A stretch of 49,680 nt of DNA from Flavobacteriales bacterium. GTDB lineage: Bacteria; Bacteroidota; Bacteroidia; Flavobacteriales_C; GCA-002722245. The notes under the pieces are model-generated. The model made no database searches. It saw nothing but the letters and a program-made list of their open reading frames with translations, and had not been told where the DNA came from. The first letter of the stretch is position 1. Each line of letters begins with the position of its first letter. Of this stretch, positions 29,965-39,500 are shown one piece after another. The stretch lies in NCBI GenBank assembly GCA_002720635.1, contig PBJD01000047.1:1-49680 (forward strand). The letters run 5' to 3'. The translations under genes were made by a program, and so were the position numbers.

Positions 29965-30650
29965 TCCCTTTTTCAGTTAACTGACTTGCACAAGCTGCCA
30001 ATGTAGCTCCTGTAGTAATAACATCATCAATCAATACTACATGTTTAATCTCTTTGGATAGATTGACTTCCGCAAAAGTATTTTCCATATTTTCAAAACG
30101 CTCAAAAACATCTTTATCGGTTTGAGTTTCGGCGGCTTCCACTCTTTTCAAAAGAGGTATTAAGGTAATTCCAGTAACAGTTGAAAAACCTTCAGCCAAT
30201 TTTTGAGCTTGATTATAACCTCTTTTTTTTTTCTTTTTCCGGATGCATTGGCACAAATGAAACAGCATCTATATCTTGACTTAATAAATCGCTATTGTGT
30301 CCTATAATCTCACCCATTCGAACAGCTAAACCAGCATTCCCTTTGTATTTGAATTCATGAATGATGCTTTGCAACTTCTCTTGCTTTAAAAACTGGAAAA
30401 CAGCAACTGCTGATTCAATCCTTGCCTTGCCCCAAAACAATTGATCAACCTCAGAAAACGCATATTCAGTATGCATGACTTCTCCAAAATTCAATTCACA
30501 ATGCAAACAAACAAAAGACTCGCCTTTAACTAAAATATCCTGACACGATTTACAGCTCTCAGGATAAAAAACAGATAAAAAAGGGCTGATTTTAAACATC
30601 TGAAATTTAAGATTATGTAATCTATAAAAATAGATTATATTTGTTCTCAA
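29918..30650 (-). pseudogene. comF: ComF-family phosphoribosyltransferase-like protein, split by a frameshift in an A10 tract
   Basis: The upstream ORF (30213..30650) carries the Cys-rich N-terminus (CKSCQ...CLHCE) and ends ...VPMHPEKEKKKRL*. The downstream ORF (29918..30268) is in the +1 frame and continues RGYNQAQKLAEGF... through the PRTase loop VVLIDDVITTGATL. The two frames meet in T10 (30223..30232, A10 on the coding strand). The likely true start is ATG 30599 (MFKISPF...). Confidence 0.75.
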
Positions 30651-30672
30651 TTACGTAGTATTTAAAAAAATT

Positions 30673-31653
30673 ATGAGCGATTTACAACAGAAAAAAAAGG
30701 GGAAAAGTGTTCTTGTTATATTACTTGTATCTATCGGATTACTCTCAGGTGTATCTCTGTTTTTGGGATACACATTAAAACAGGAATTAAATGAAAATGA
30801 AATGTTGGAACGTAGATCAACCTCTGCGGAAGATCGATTTAAACGACTAACAGGTGATGTTGCTAAAGCCAAATCTCTTTTAAGTACAATCGATATTTCC
30901 GGAATAGACTCAGTTGCATTAGGTAAAGATGTTGAAGAAATCCTGGCCAAAAGAAAAGAAAGTGCGGAAAAAATTGCAACTCTGGAAAAGCAAATAGCTG
31001 AGTTAATTGAAGAATCAGATGGTCAGGCCAGTAATTTCGCTCAATTCAAAGCTCTATACGCAAAATTAAAAACTGAAGTTTACACTCTGAGATCTGAAAT
31101 TTCTAAATTAAAAGCTAAAAACCAAGCTTTAATCTCAGAGAACGCAAAATTAAAAGAAGAAAACAAACAGCTTGGAACTGACTTGGCTGGAGCAAACGAA
31201 AACAATGCTAAACTTGAAGGAATAAATAATGATCTAGAAGGTAAGGTAGCTATAGGTAAGCGTCTCCAGACATTTGAAAAAATTGCAGAAGGTGTTAAGG
31301 TTAGAAGAAATGGAGAAGAAAAATCTACGAACCGGGCAAAGCGTGCTGATAAGATACGAGTTGCATTTACAATTGGAAAAAACGAAATTGCCGATGCTGG
31401 TGAAATTGATCTTTACTTAAGAGTTCTTGATCCAAGTGATAGAATCATTTCTGAAAATGGAGAAGAATTTAATTACAAAAACGAAAAGTTAGCATACACA
31501 ACTAAAGAATCGATAAATTATAAAAATTCATCTACTGATGTAATAATTTACGCTGAAAAAACAGGTGGTAAAAGTTTCGAGGCCGGTTTGTACAAAGTAC
31601 AGGTTTATACAAAAACCGATATGATTCTTGTTGAAACATTTACTTTAAAATAA
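30673..31653 (+). CDS. Hypothetical membrane-anchored coiled-coil protein
   Basis: 326-aa ORF with an N-terminal TM helix (VLVILLVSIGLLSGVSLFLGY), ~180 aa of heptad-like Lys/Glu/Leu-rich sequence, and a ~110-aa beta-rich C-terminal domain. I recognised no family. Confidence 0.6.
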   Translation: MSDLQQKKKGKSVLVILLVSIGLLSGVSLFLGYTLKQELNENEMLERRSTSAEDRFKRLTGDVAKAKSLLSTIDISGIDSVALGKDVEEILAKRKESAEKIATLEKQIAELIEESDGQASNFAQFKALYAKLKTEVYTLRSEISKLKAKNQALISENAKLKEENKQLGTDLAGANENNAKLEGINNDLEGKVAIGKRLQTFEKIAEGVKVRRNGEEKSTNRAKRADKIRVAFTIGKNEIADAGEIDLYLRVLDPSDRIISENGEEFNYKNEKLAYTTKESINYKNSSTDVIIYAEKTGGKSFEAGLYKVQVYTKTDMILVETFTLK

Positions 31654-31674
31654 AAAATCATTTAATTTCGAAAA

Positions 31675-31705
31675 AGCTGTTTAGCAATGCTAAACAGCTT
31701 TTTTA
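31675..31705 (+). terminator. Rho-independent terminator
   Basis: agctgttta-gcaatgc-taaacagct (9-bp stem) followed by a T-run, 22 nt after the stop. Confidence 0.7.
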
Positions 31706-31706
31706 T

Positions 31707-31736
31707 TTTGTGGCACTTTATAAAAGATTACTTTTG
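31707..31736 (+). promoter_or_regulatory. Candidate Bacteroidota promoter: -33 TTTG (31707..31710) and -7 TACTTTTG (31729..31736) upstream of mgtE
   Basis: Both consensus elements are present with an 18-nt spacer. The -7 box ends 5 nt before the annotated ATG at 31742. Confidence 0.4.
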
Positions 31737-31741
31737 CATTA

Positions 31742-33091
31742 ATGGTAGGCCAGGAAGATGAAATAAATTTTTTTGTAGAAAGACTTCCAAATCATTTGGA
31801 TAAAGGAGAAATTTCCATGATTATCTCCAAACTTGGAGATATGCACCCCGCTGATATAGCTGAGATTATCCGATCCGTTTCAGATGAAAATGCTATTGTA
31901 ATCATCCGTCTACTTAATGAAGAAATTCGTGCTGACGTTGTAGCTGAATTAGAACAGGAAGAAAGGGAAAAATTACTCGAAGAGCTTCCCGCGACCGAAA
32001 TTGCAGAATCTGTCTTAACTAAAATGGATTCAGATGATGCAGCTGATTTACTATCAGAACTTCCTCCCGAAAAACAATCTCGTGTAATCAATGCGTTGGA
32101 GGACACAGACCAGGCTCAGGACTTATTGGATCTACTAACTTATGATGAGGACTCTGCTGGAGGGTTAATGGCAAAAGAGCTTATAAAAGTTAAAGAAAAC
32201 TGGAGTGTAAAAGAATGTGAAGTTGAGTTAAGAAAGCAGGCTGAAGAAGTTGATGACGTTCATACAGTTTATGTTGTTAATGAAGAAGATAAGCTTGAAG
32301 GAATCATATCACTTAAAGCACTCATCTTAAATTCTCCCGATACTCAGGTAAAAGATATTTCAAAAACAGATATTATCTCTATTAAAGCATCTGCAAATAG
32401 TACTGAAGTATCAAGAATAATGGACAAATATGATCTTGTTGTTTTACCTGTTGTTGATGAAAACAACTATCTCGTTGGACGAATAACCATTGATGACGTA
32501 GTAGATGTAATTGTTGAAGAAGCTGAAAAGGATTATCAAATGTTATCAGGTATTTCAGAGGATGTAGAATCTTCGGATAACATTTGGCAATTAACAAGAG
32601 CTCGTTTCCCCTGGCTATTGGTAGGAATGGTTGGAGGAATATTAGGTGCCTGGGTTGTCAATTTTTTCGAAAAAGACGCTTCCCCGGCATTACTCGTATT
32701 TATCCCCTTAATTGCGGCAATGGGTGGTAATGTAGGTATTCAATCTTCCGCACTTATAGTTCAGGGTATTGCAAACCAATCTTTGTCGGGCTCAATTTTA
32801 AGTAAATTGTTCAAAGAACTTGGAGTAGGTATAGTAAATGGATTATTATGTGGGATTTTACTTTTTGTTGTTAACATTCTAATTGGTAAATCCTTTGAAT
32901 ATAGCTTTGCCATAAGCATCTCACTTTTATCAGTTATCATATTTGCCGCAGTTTTTGGAACCTGGATTCCCTTATTCTTTAATAAAATAAAAATTGACCC
33001 CGCACTTGCAACAGGTCCATTTATCACTACTGCAAATGACATTTTTGGACTTTTCTTATATTTTTACATTTGCAAAATACTCATTACATGA
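31742..33091 (+). CDS. mgtE: Magnesium transporter MgtE
   Basis: 449-aa ORF with an acidic MgtE N-domain, a CBS pair, and a C-terminal 5-TM domain with IPLIAAMGGNVGIQS and ATGPFITTANDI blocks. Confidence 0.9.
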   Translation: MVGQEDEINFFVERLPNHLDKGEISMIISKLGDMHPADIAEIIRSVSDENAIVIIRLLNEEIRADVVAELEQEEREKLLEELPATEIAESVLTKMDSDDAADLLSELPPEKQSRVINALEDTDQAQDLLDLLTYDEDSAGGLMAKELIKVKENWSVKECEVELRKQAEEVDDVHTVYVVNEEDKLEGIISLKALILNSPDTQVKDISKTDIISIKASANSTEVSRIMDKYDLVVLPVVDENNYLVGRITIDDVVDVIVEEAEKDYQMLSGISEDVESSDNIWQLTRARFPWLLVGMVGGILGAWVVNFFEKDASPALLVFIPLIAAMGGNVGIQSSALIVQGIANQSLSGSILSKLFKELGVGIVNGLLCGILLFVVNILIGKSFEYSFAISISLLSVIIFAAVFGTWIPLFFNKIKIDPALATGPFITTANDIFGLFLYFYICKILIT

Positions 33092-34059
33092 ATTTAGGTA
33101 AAGTAATTTTTATCGATTCAGTACATACTATTTTATGGGAACGCTTAACAAAATTGGGTTGGATTTGTGATGACTGTACAAAATCCAACCCAACAGAAAT
33201 ATTCAAAAAACTAAATGAATATACTGGAATCGTTATTCGGTCGCGTTTTCAATTAAATCAGGAGATTTTATCATCTCTTCCTAATCTTAAATTTATCGCC
33301 AGAGCCGGATCTGGACTTGAAAACATTGACACTGAATATTGCCATCGAAAAAAAATTCAGGTTTTCAGCTCTCCGGAAGGTAACAGGGACTCAGTTGCCG
33401 AGCATGCTTTAGGAATGTTGCTTATGCTTCAAAACAATTTGAAACGGGCTGATAGTGAAGTTAGAAATGGACTATGGAAAAGAACCGAAAACAGAGGACA
33501 TGAACTGAAAGAAAAAACAATTGGACTTATTGGTTATGGAGTGATGGCCAAAGCTTTTGCTCAAAGACTAAATGGTTTTGGAGTAGAACTTATTGCATTT
33601 GACAAATACAAAAAAAACTATTCAGACACTTTTACAAAAGAAGTTTCATTAGAAACACTTTTAAAAAAATCTGATGTAATCAGTATTCACGCAAACTACC
33701 TTCCGGAAAATAAATATATCATAAATGCTTCTTTTATTGAACAAGTTGAAAAACCCTTTATATTAATTAACACAGCAAGAGGATTTAATGTTAACACAGC
33801 GGACTTGGTATCAGGATTAAAATCAGGGAAAATTAAAGGTGCCTGTTTAGATGTACTGGAATATGAATCTGCTTCATTTGAGTCTTTTAGCACAAAAAAA
33901 GATAATAACGCACTTGAGTATTTAAAAAAATCCTCAAATGTAATCTTATCTCCACATATTGCAGGCTGGACACATGAGTCTCATTTTAAACTAAGTAATG
34001 TTCTCGCAGAAAAAATTGAAAAATGGATTACTCCTGAAGTGCTAAAAAATGAAACTTAA
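33088..34059 (+). CDS. D-isomer-specific 2-hydroxyacid dehydrogenase (phosphoglycerate dehydrogenase-like)
   Basis: It has the NAD-binding motif IGLIGYGVMAKAF plus NTARG and PHIAGWT blocks. I chose ATG 33088 (MNLGKVIF...), which overlaps the mgtE stop as ATGA. Confidence 0.8.
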   Translation: MNLGKVIFIDSVHTILWERLTKLGWICDDCTKSNPTEIFKKLNEYTGIVIRSRFQLNQEILSSLPNLKFIARAGSGLENIDTEYCHRKKIQVFSSPEGNRDSVAEHALGMLLMLQNNLKRADSEVRNGLWKRTENRGHELKEKTIGLIGYGVMAKAFAQRLNGFGVELIAFDKYKKNYSDTFTKEVSLETLLKKSDVISIHANYLPENKYIINASFIEQVEKPFILINTARGFNVNTADLVSGLKSGKIKGACLDVLEYESASFESFSTKKDNNALEYLKKSSNVILSPHIAGWTHESHFKLSNVLAEKIEKWITPEVLKNET

Positions 34060-34423
34060 GTCCCAGTATTTTCTCATACTCCTGTCCACACTCCAACAGA
34101 TCTTCATCAAGAAGATAATAAAACCAGAACACATTTACTTCTATGCCATTACTTTGAATAACTTTTAATTGCTTAAAAATGTTGAAAATAAATTTGGCAG
34201 ACGACGAGTTGTAGTATTCTAGCTTGAAATTAAAATTTAACCTTCCTGCTGATTTTTTATTTTTTAACCAATCAACATAGCTATCCATCCATTTGATAAT
34301 TGGCTCAAAACAGGTCAAAACATTTTCCGGGCGGCATTCACCTTCCATAAAGAATTCCATCGTTTCAATATTGAAATCCAGTGATGGCGTTGTATCCCCT
34401 TTATATATCCTTAAAGAATTCAT
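34028..34423 (-). CDS. DUF1987 / SiaC-like regulatory phosphoprotein
   Basis: 131-aa ORF whose layout matches DUF1987: TPSLDFN...MEGECRPENV...FEPIIKWM...FNFKLEYYNSSSAKFIFNIF...VFWFYYLLDEDLLECGQEY. Confidence 0.65.
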   Translation of the reverse strand: MNSLRIYKGDTTPSLDFNIETMEFFMEGECRPENVLTCFEPIIKWMDSYVDWLKNKKSAGRLNFNFKLEYYNSSSAKFIFNIFKQLKVIQSNGIEVNVFWFYYLLDEDLLECGQEYEKILGLKFHFLALQE

Positions 34424-34968
34424 AATTGATCTGCAGTATTAATTTTAACCTTCAATGTGAAAAAAGAATGATCTACATCAATTTTCTGAAAACTATATTC
34501 AAATTTATGCTTACTTTTTAAAGCCATATCAATAATTCCTAAACCTGATCCGCCATTTTGACTTAAACCTTCATCATCAGTTAAAATATCATTATACCAT
34601 CTTTTTAGTCCAACCCGATCCAAACCATTCACTTTTTCTAACCTACCTTGTAAATTGGGAATTTCATCTTGAATAATTTTATTACCCGTGGCTAAATAAT
34701 AAAAATCATTATCCTTTCCTAAAACAAATATTGCAGGAAATGTATCGCCTTCGATGATAAATGCATGCTTGGTGATATTTTCCAAACACTCAATCATAAC
34801 ATTGTAAATTTTTTTCATAACTGGCCGACCTCCAATTGTTTTTTTAGCCATAAGCAATAAAACTGAAATCAGTTCGGAAGAGAATTCTCCTGAAAAAGAT
34901 AATCTTACCGATTTAACATCCATCAATTGATGTGTGTCATATGCAAATTGTGAGCTTGAATAATTCAT
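34420..34968 (-). CDS. SiaB-like (DUF6272-type) GHKL-fold protein kinase
   Basis: ~182-aa ORF with an N-box-like ECLENITKHAF and a G2-like loop NGGSGLGIIDMALKS, resembling SpoIIAB-type Ser/Thr kinases. Its stop overlaps the DUF1987 start (ATGA). I chose ATG 34968; the ORF-track TTG is at 35007. Confidence 0.6.
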   Translation of the reverse strand: MNYSSSQFAYDTHQLMDVKSVRLSFSGEFSSELISVLLLMAKKTIGGRPVMKKIYNVMIECLENITKHAFIIEGDTFPAIFVLGKDNDFYYLATGNKIIQDEIPNLQGRLEKVNGLDRVGLKRWYNDILTDDEGLSQNGGSGLGIIDMALKSKHKFEYSFQKIDVDHSFFTLKVKINTADQL

Positions 34969-35132
34969 ATAGTGTATCTGGCGGCTTTCCACGAAAGAAA
35001 AAAACAAAAGTTGTTTTTTAATTCAATTTTTATTGATTTTAAATGAAAATTTATACCCTTATTCTTATCCGAGCAACTTTTCTTTACTATCTTTACCTAT
35101 TACATTATTAAATCCCTAAAATTAATATACCA

Positions 35133-36419
35133 ATGAGTGAAATTGCAGAGGTAAAGATTAACGGACAAACATATGAACTACCTATCATTACTGGATCAGA
35201 AGATGAAAAAGGAATAGATATAACAAAGTTAAGATCGCTTTCAGGAGCTGTCACTCTTGATTCAGGGTACAAAAATACCGGATCCACAAAAAGTGCAGTT
35301 ACATATCTTGATGGTGAAAACGGTATTTTAAGATATAGAGGTTACTCAATAGAAGAATTAGCGGGTAAAGCATCTTTTATTGAGGTTGCTTATTTGTTGA
35401 TTAACGGTGAATTACCAAACAAAAGTCAATTAGCTGATTTTGAAGCGAATATTACCAAGCACACATTAATTCATGAAGACATGAAGCGTTTTTATGAAGC
35501 ATACCCTTCAAAAGCACATCCAATGGGTATTGTTGCTTCATTATTATGCTCTCTTTCAACTTTCTATCCAGATTCTCAGAATCCAAACAGAACAGAAGAG
35601 GAAATTGAATTGACAATTTACAGATTGTTGGCTAAACTGCCGACAATTTCTGCTTGGGCATACAAAAACTTTGTAGGACATCCTGTTGTTTATCCCAAGA
35701 ACAATTTGAACTATGAAGAGAATTTCCTGAACATGATGTTCAGTTTACCGGCTGAAAAATACAAAATAGATCCAGTTGTTGCTGACGCATTAAATAAGTT
35801 ATTAATCCTGCATGCTGATCATGAACAAAACTGTTCTGCTTCCACAGTAAGAATAGTGGGTTCTTCACATGCAAACTTATATTCATCCATTTCTGCAGGT
35901 GTAATCGCACTGTGGGGACCACTTCACGGAGGTGCTAATCAAGCAGTGATTGAAATGTTGGAGAAAATACATGCAGACGGAACTCCATTAGAGAACTGGA
36001 TTGCCAAGGCAAAAGATAAAGATGATCCTTTTAGATTAATGGGATTTGGACACAGAGTATATAAAAACTTTGATCCAAGAGCCAAGATAATTAAGAAAGC
36101 AGCTGATGATGTATTGGAAAAATTAGGAATTGAAGATCCATTGATTGAAATTGCAAAAGAATTGGAACAAGTTGCTCTTAATGATGAATACTTTAAGGCA
36201 AGAAATCTATATCCAAATGTTGATTTTTACTCAGGTATAATATATAAAGCTTTAGGTATACCAACTGAAATGTTTACAGTAATGTTTGCATTAGGAAGGC
36301 TTCCAGGATGGATAGCTCAATGGAAAGAAATGATCGAAAACAAAGAGCCAATAGGACGGCCCAGACAAATTTATGTCGGTGAGAATGAACGATCTTATGT
36401 CTCATTAGAAGATAGATAA
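35133..36419 (+). CDS. gltA: Citrate synthase (type II)
   Basis: 428-aa ORF with LILHADHEQNCSAST, GPLHGGANQ and GFGHRVYKNFDPRA motifs. Confidence 0.95.
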   Translation: MSEIAEVKINGQTYELPIITGSEDEKGIDITKLRSLSGAVTLDSGYKNTGSTKSAVTYLDGENGILRYRGYSIEELAGKASFIEVAYLLINGELPNKSQLADFEANITKHTLIHEDMKRFYEAYPSKAHPMGIVASLLCSLSTFYPDSQNPNRTEEEIELTIYRLLAKLPTISAWAYKNFVGHPVVYPKNNLNYEENFLNMMFSLPAEKYKIDPVVADALNKLLILHADHEQNCSASTVRIVGSSHANLYSSISAGVIALWGPLHGGANQAVIEMLEKIHADGTPLENWIAKAKDKDDPFRLMGFGHRVYKNFDPRAKIIKKAADDVLEKLGIEDPLIEIAKELEQVALNDEYFKARNLYPNVDFYSGIIYKALGIPTEMFTVMFALGRLPGWIAQWKEMIENKEPIGRPRQIYVGENERSYVSLEDR

Positions 36420-36442
36420 ATACAATTAATTTTATTCAAAAA

Positions 36443-36472
36443 GAGACTTCAAAGTGAAGTCTCTTTTTTTTT
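36443..36472 (+). terminator. Rho-independent terminator after gltA
   Basis: gagacttc-aaagt-gaagtctc (8-bp stem) followed by T9. Confidence 0.75.
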
Positions 36473-36558
36473 GTTATAAGTACAAATATACTCAACGATA
36501 TATATATTTTTACAAAACATTTTTTTGAGACAACCGTAAGGGATTAGATATATTTCAA

Positions 36559-39500
36559 ATGAGGAAAATACTCTTTAAATTATTTCTTTTGATAAGTTTT
36601 TCTTTGCAATCGCAAAGTTATCATTTCCTTAATTTAACTGTAGAGGACGGTTTAGCAGAAAATGAAGTGTTTGATTTAATTCAAGACAGAAGAGGTGCTA
36701 TCTGGATGGCAACACTTGGTGGAGTATCAGTTTATGACGGTTTAAGTTTTATGAATTTAAATGATAGTTCAGGTTTGCCATCTAACATCATAAACTGCTT
36801 ATATGAAGATATAAAAGGAGATATCTGGATTGGAACACATAAAGGCCTTACCGTATATGATGGAACTGAATTTCATACGTTTACTCAAAAAGATGGATTA
36901 CCCACTAATGTAGTAAAGTCAATTTGTGAAGATGGTTTTGGCAGACTTTGGATTGGAACACAGTATGGAGGTCTTTGTATGCTGGACAACTTTGCAAAAG
37001 ACAAAAAAACATTTGTTCCATTCGACATAAATTTTGGTGGTAGGGGGAGGCTTTCTGTAAACAAAGTGATTGAGACCCCCGATGCAAAAATTTATATTGG
37101 AACAAATCAAGGATTAGCAGAAATATTTAACGGTATAGTAAAAACCTACACTACAAAAAATGGATTAATAGGAAACAGCATTTATGATTTGGAGGAAGAT
37201 GTAAATGGAGATATCTGGATTGGAACCAGAGACGGCTTATCCGTTTTTTCAGATGGTATATTTAATAACTTCACCCCAAGTCCCAATTTCCCTGTTAATG
37301 CAGTAAAAACACTGGAACAGGACAAAAGTGATAATATATGGATAGGAACAGTAAATTCAGGGGTGATAAAATTAAACATCAACAATTATGAATGTGAAAT
37401 ATTCAACGAAGAAAATGGACTAAGTGAAGACTTGGTATTATCAATTCTGGAAGATAAACACGATAATATCTGGGTAGGGACAAAAGGTGGAGGAGTTAAT
37501 AAAATAACGAGATCCTCTTTCAAGTCGATAGGAATTAAAGATGGATTGCCAAATGAAAAAATTAATGGATTAATTCAAGATTCCAAAGATAACTTTTGGT
37601 TTGCTACAAGAGGAGGTCTGATAAGGTATAATGGAGTAGATTCTTTTCAATTATTTGATAAAAAATCCGGCCTTCCTGTAAATTATACAACAACCGTTTT
37701 CGAAGACAGTAAAAAGAATATATGGGCAGGAACACTTTTAGGTGTAGTTAAAATACAAAATGGCGTAATTCAAAAAGTTTATTCAGTTTTAGACGGAGTT
37801 AGGAATCCCGTAACATGTTTTTTTGAAGATCAGAATGGCATAATCTGGATTGGAACAGAAGGTGGTCTGGGAAAACTTGATGATGATGCTACAATAAAAT
37901 TTTATCGAATGTTTGATGGCCTGAGTGACGGAAAAATAAGCGCTGTAACTCAAGATAAATCAGGTAAATTGTGGATTGGAACAAAAAGCAGAGGTATTAA
38001 TTGGTTTAATGGAATTGAATTCGGTCAGATTAGTGAAGATGACGGTTTAATCCCTTCCAATTTCATTAATTGTATTACAAAAGGCCCAAGAGGAGGAATT
38101 TATATCGGAACAAATGCAGGAATTACAAAATTTGATGAAAATCGAAACACATATAAAACATTCAACACAAACAATAGCAAAATAAGTTCAGACAACATCA
38201 AAATGATGTTATTTGACGAAGATAATCAGTTATGGATTGGCACAAACAAAGGATTGGATAGAATTTCCTTCAATCCTCCCCAAATTACGCGCCAAACAGG
38301 AGAGTATATTTCTGAAGTTAAACACTTTGGAAAGTCTGATGGAATTACAGGCGGACAAATAAATGGAAATGCAATTTGCGAAGATTTTGATGGAAACTTG
38401 TGGTTTGGAACAAATAAAGGAGTTATAAAACACGACAGAAGTGTTGATCACACCAGTGATATTGCGCCACAAACTTATTTTACCGCCCTGGAGTTAGAAA
38501 ATAAAATAATAAACTGGGCAAAAAGAAATTACGAAGTAGAAGCCTGGTCTAAAATGCCAAAAAATCTTGTTTTACCGCATGATTCATCAACATTAACTTT
38601 TCATTTTGTAGGAATCAACCATGATAACTCAGCTGAAACAACTTATTACTCCTATCTGGAAAGAGATGGTGAAGTTTTTGCTCCCTTAAAAATAAATAAT
38701 GAGAGTAAAAGAGATTTTACAAAACTTCCTCCCGGTGAGTATCAATTTGTAGTATATGCATGTAACAAAGATGACTTTTGTAATGATAAAACATCTTCAA
38801 AATTCTCATTTACAATCTCTCCTCCATTTTGGGCAGAAATTTGGTTTATAATTCTGATTTCATTAGTAATCATATTTGCTATCATACTTTTCATCAAATA
38901 TCGAGAGAAAAAATTAAAGGAAGAGCGTGAGTTTTTAGAAGAAAAAGTAAAAGAACGCAATCAGGAAGTTTTAGAAAAAAATAAAGAACTTGAATCCGTT
39001 AATTTGGAAATGATTTCCGTAAATAAAGAAATTGAACAAAAAAATAACGATTTAAATTCAAGTATTCGGTATGCTTTAACAATACAGAAAGCATCCTTTC
39101 CTCCACTTCAAAACTTGTATGAAGAACTGCCAAATTCTTTTATTTACCATTTACCAAGAGATATTGTTTCGGGTGATTTTTATTGGTACAGAAAAACAAA
39201 TAATAAATTTGTAATTGCTTGTGCTGATTGCACAGGACACGGAGTTCCAGGTGCTCTTACCAGCATGATAGGAATTGCTCTCTTAAATGAAATTGTGGGT
39301 GGTAATAAAATAACTGACCCTTCTGAAATTTTGAGACTACTTGATCAAGGTATTCTTAAGGCATTTGAAAATAGTGAATCAGAAACTAACGATGGAATGG
39401 ACATTAGCTTAATTACAATAGATACAAAAGCTGATACTATTGAATATTCCGGAGCTTATCGGCCATTAATAATGATCAGAAATAATGAACTTTTTGAATA

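Noticed and set aside
30651-30950. 99-aa minus-strand ORF opposite the start of the coiled-coil gene
   Set aside because: It is a shadow ORF antisense to a better-supported 326-aa gene. It would also collide with the comF start region.
31654-31741. Possible M-box (Mg2+) riboswitch upstream of mgtE
   Set aside because: The interval is only 88 nt. It is fully accounted for by the upstream terminator hairpin and a promoter-like motif, which is far too short for an M-box aptamer.
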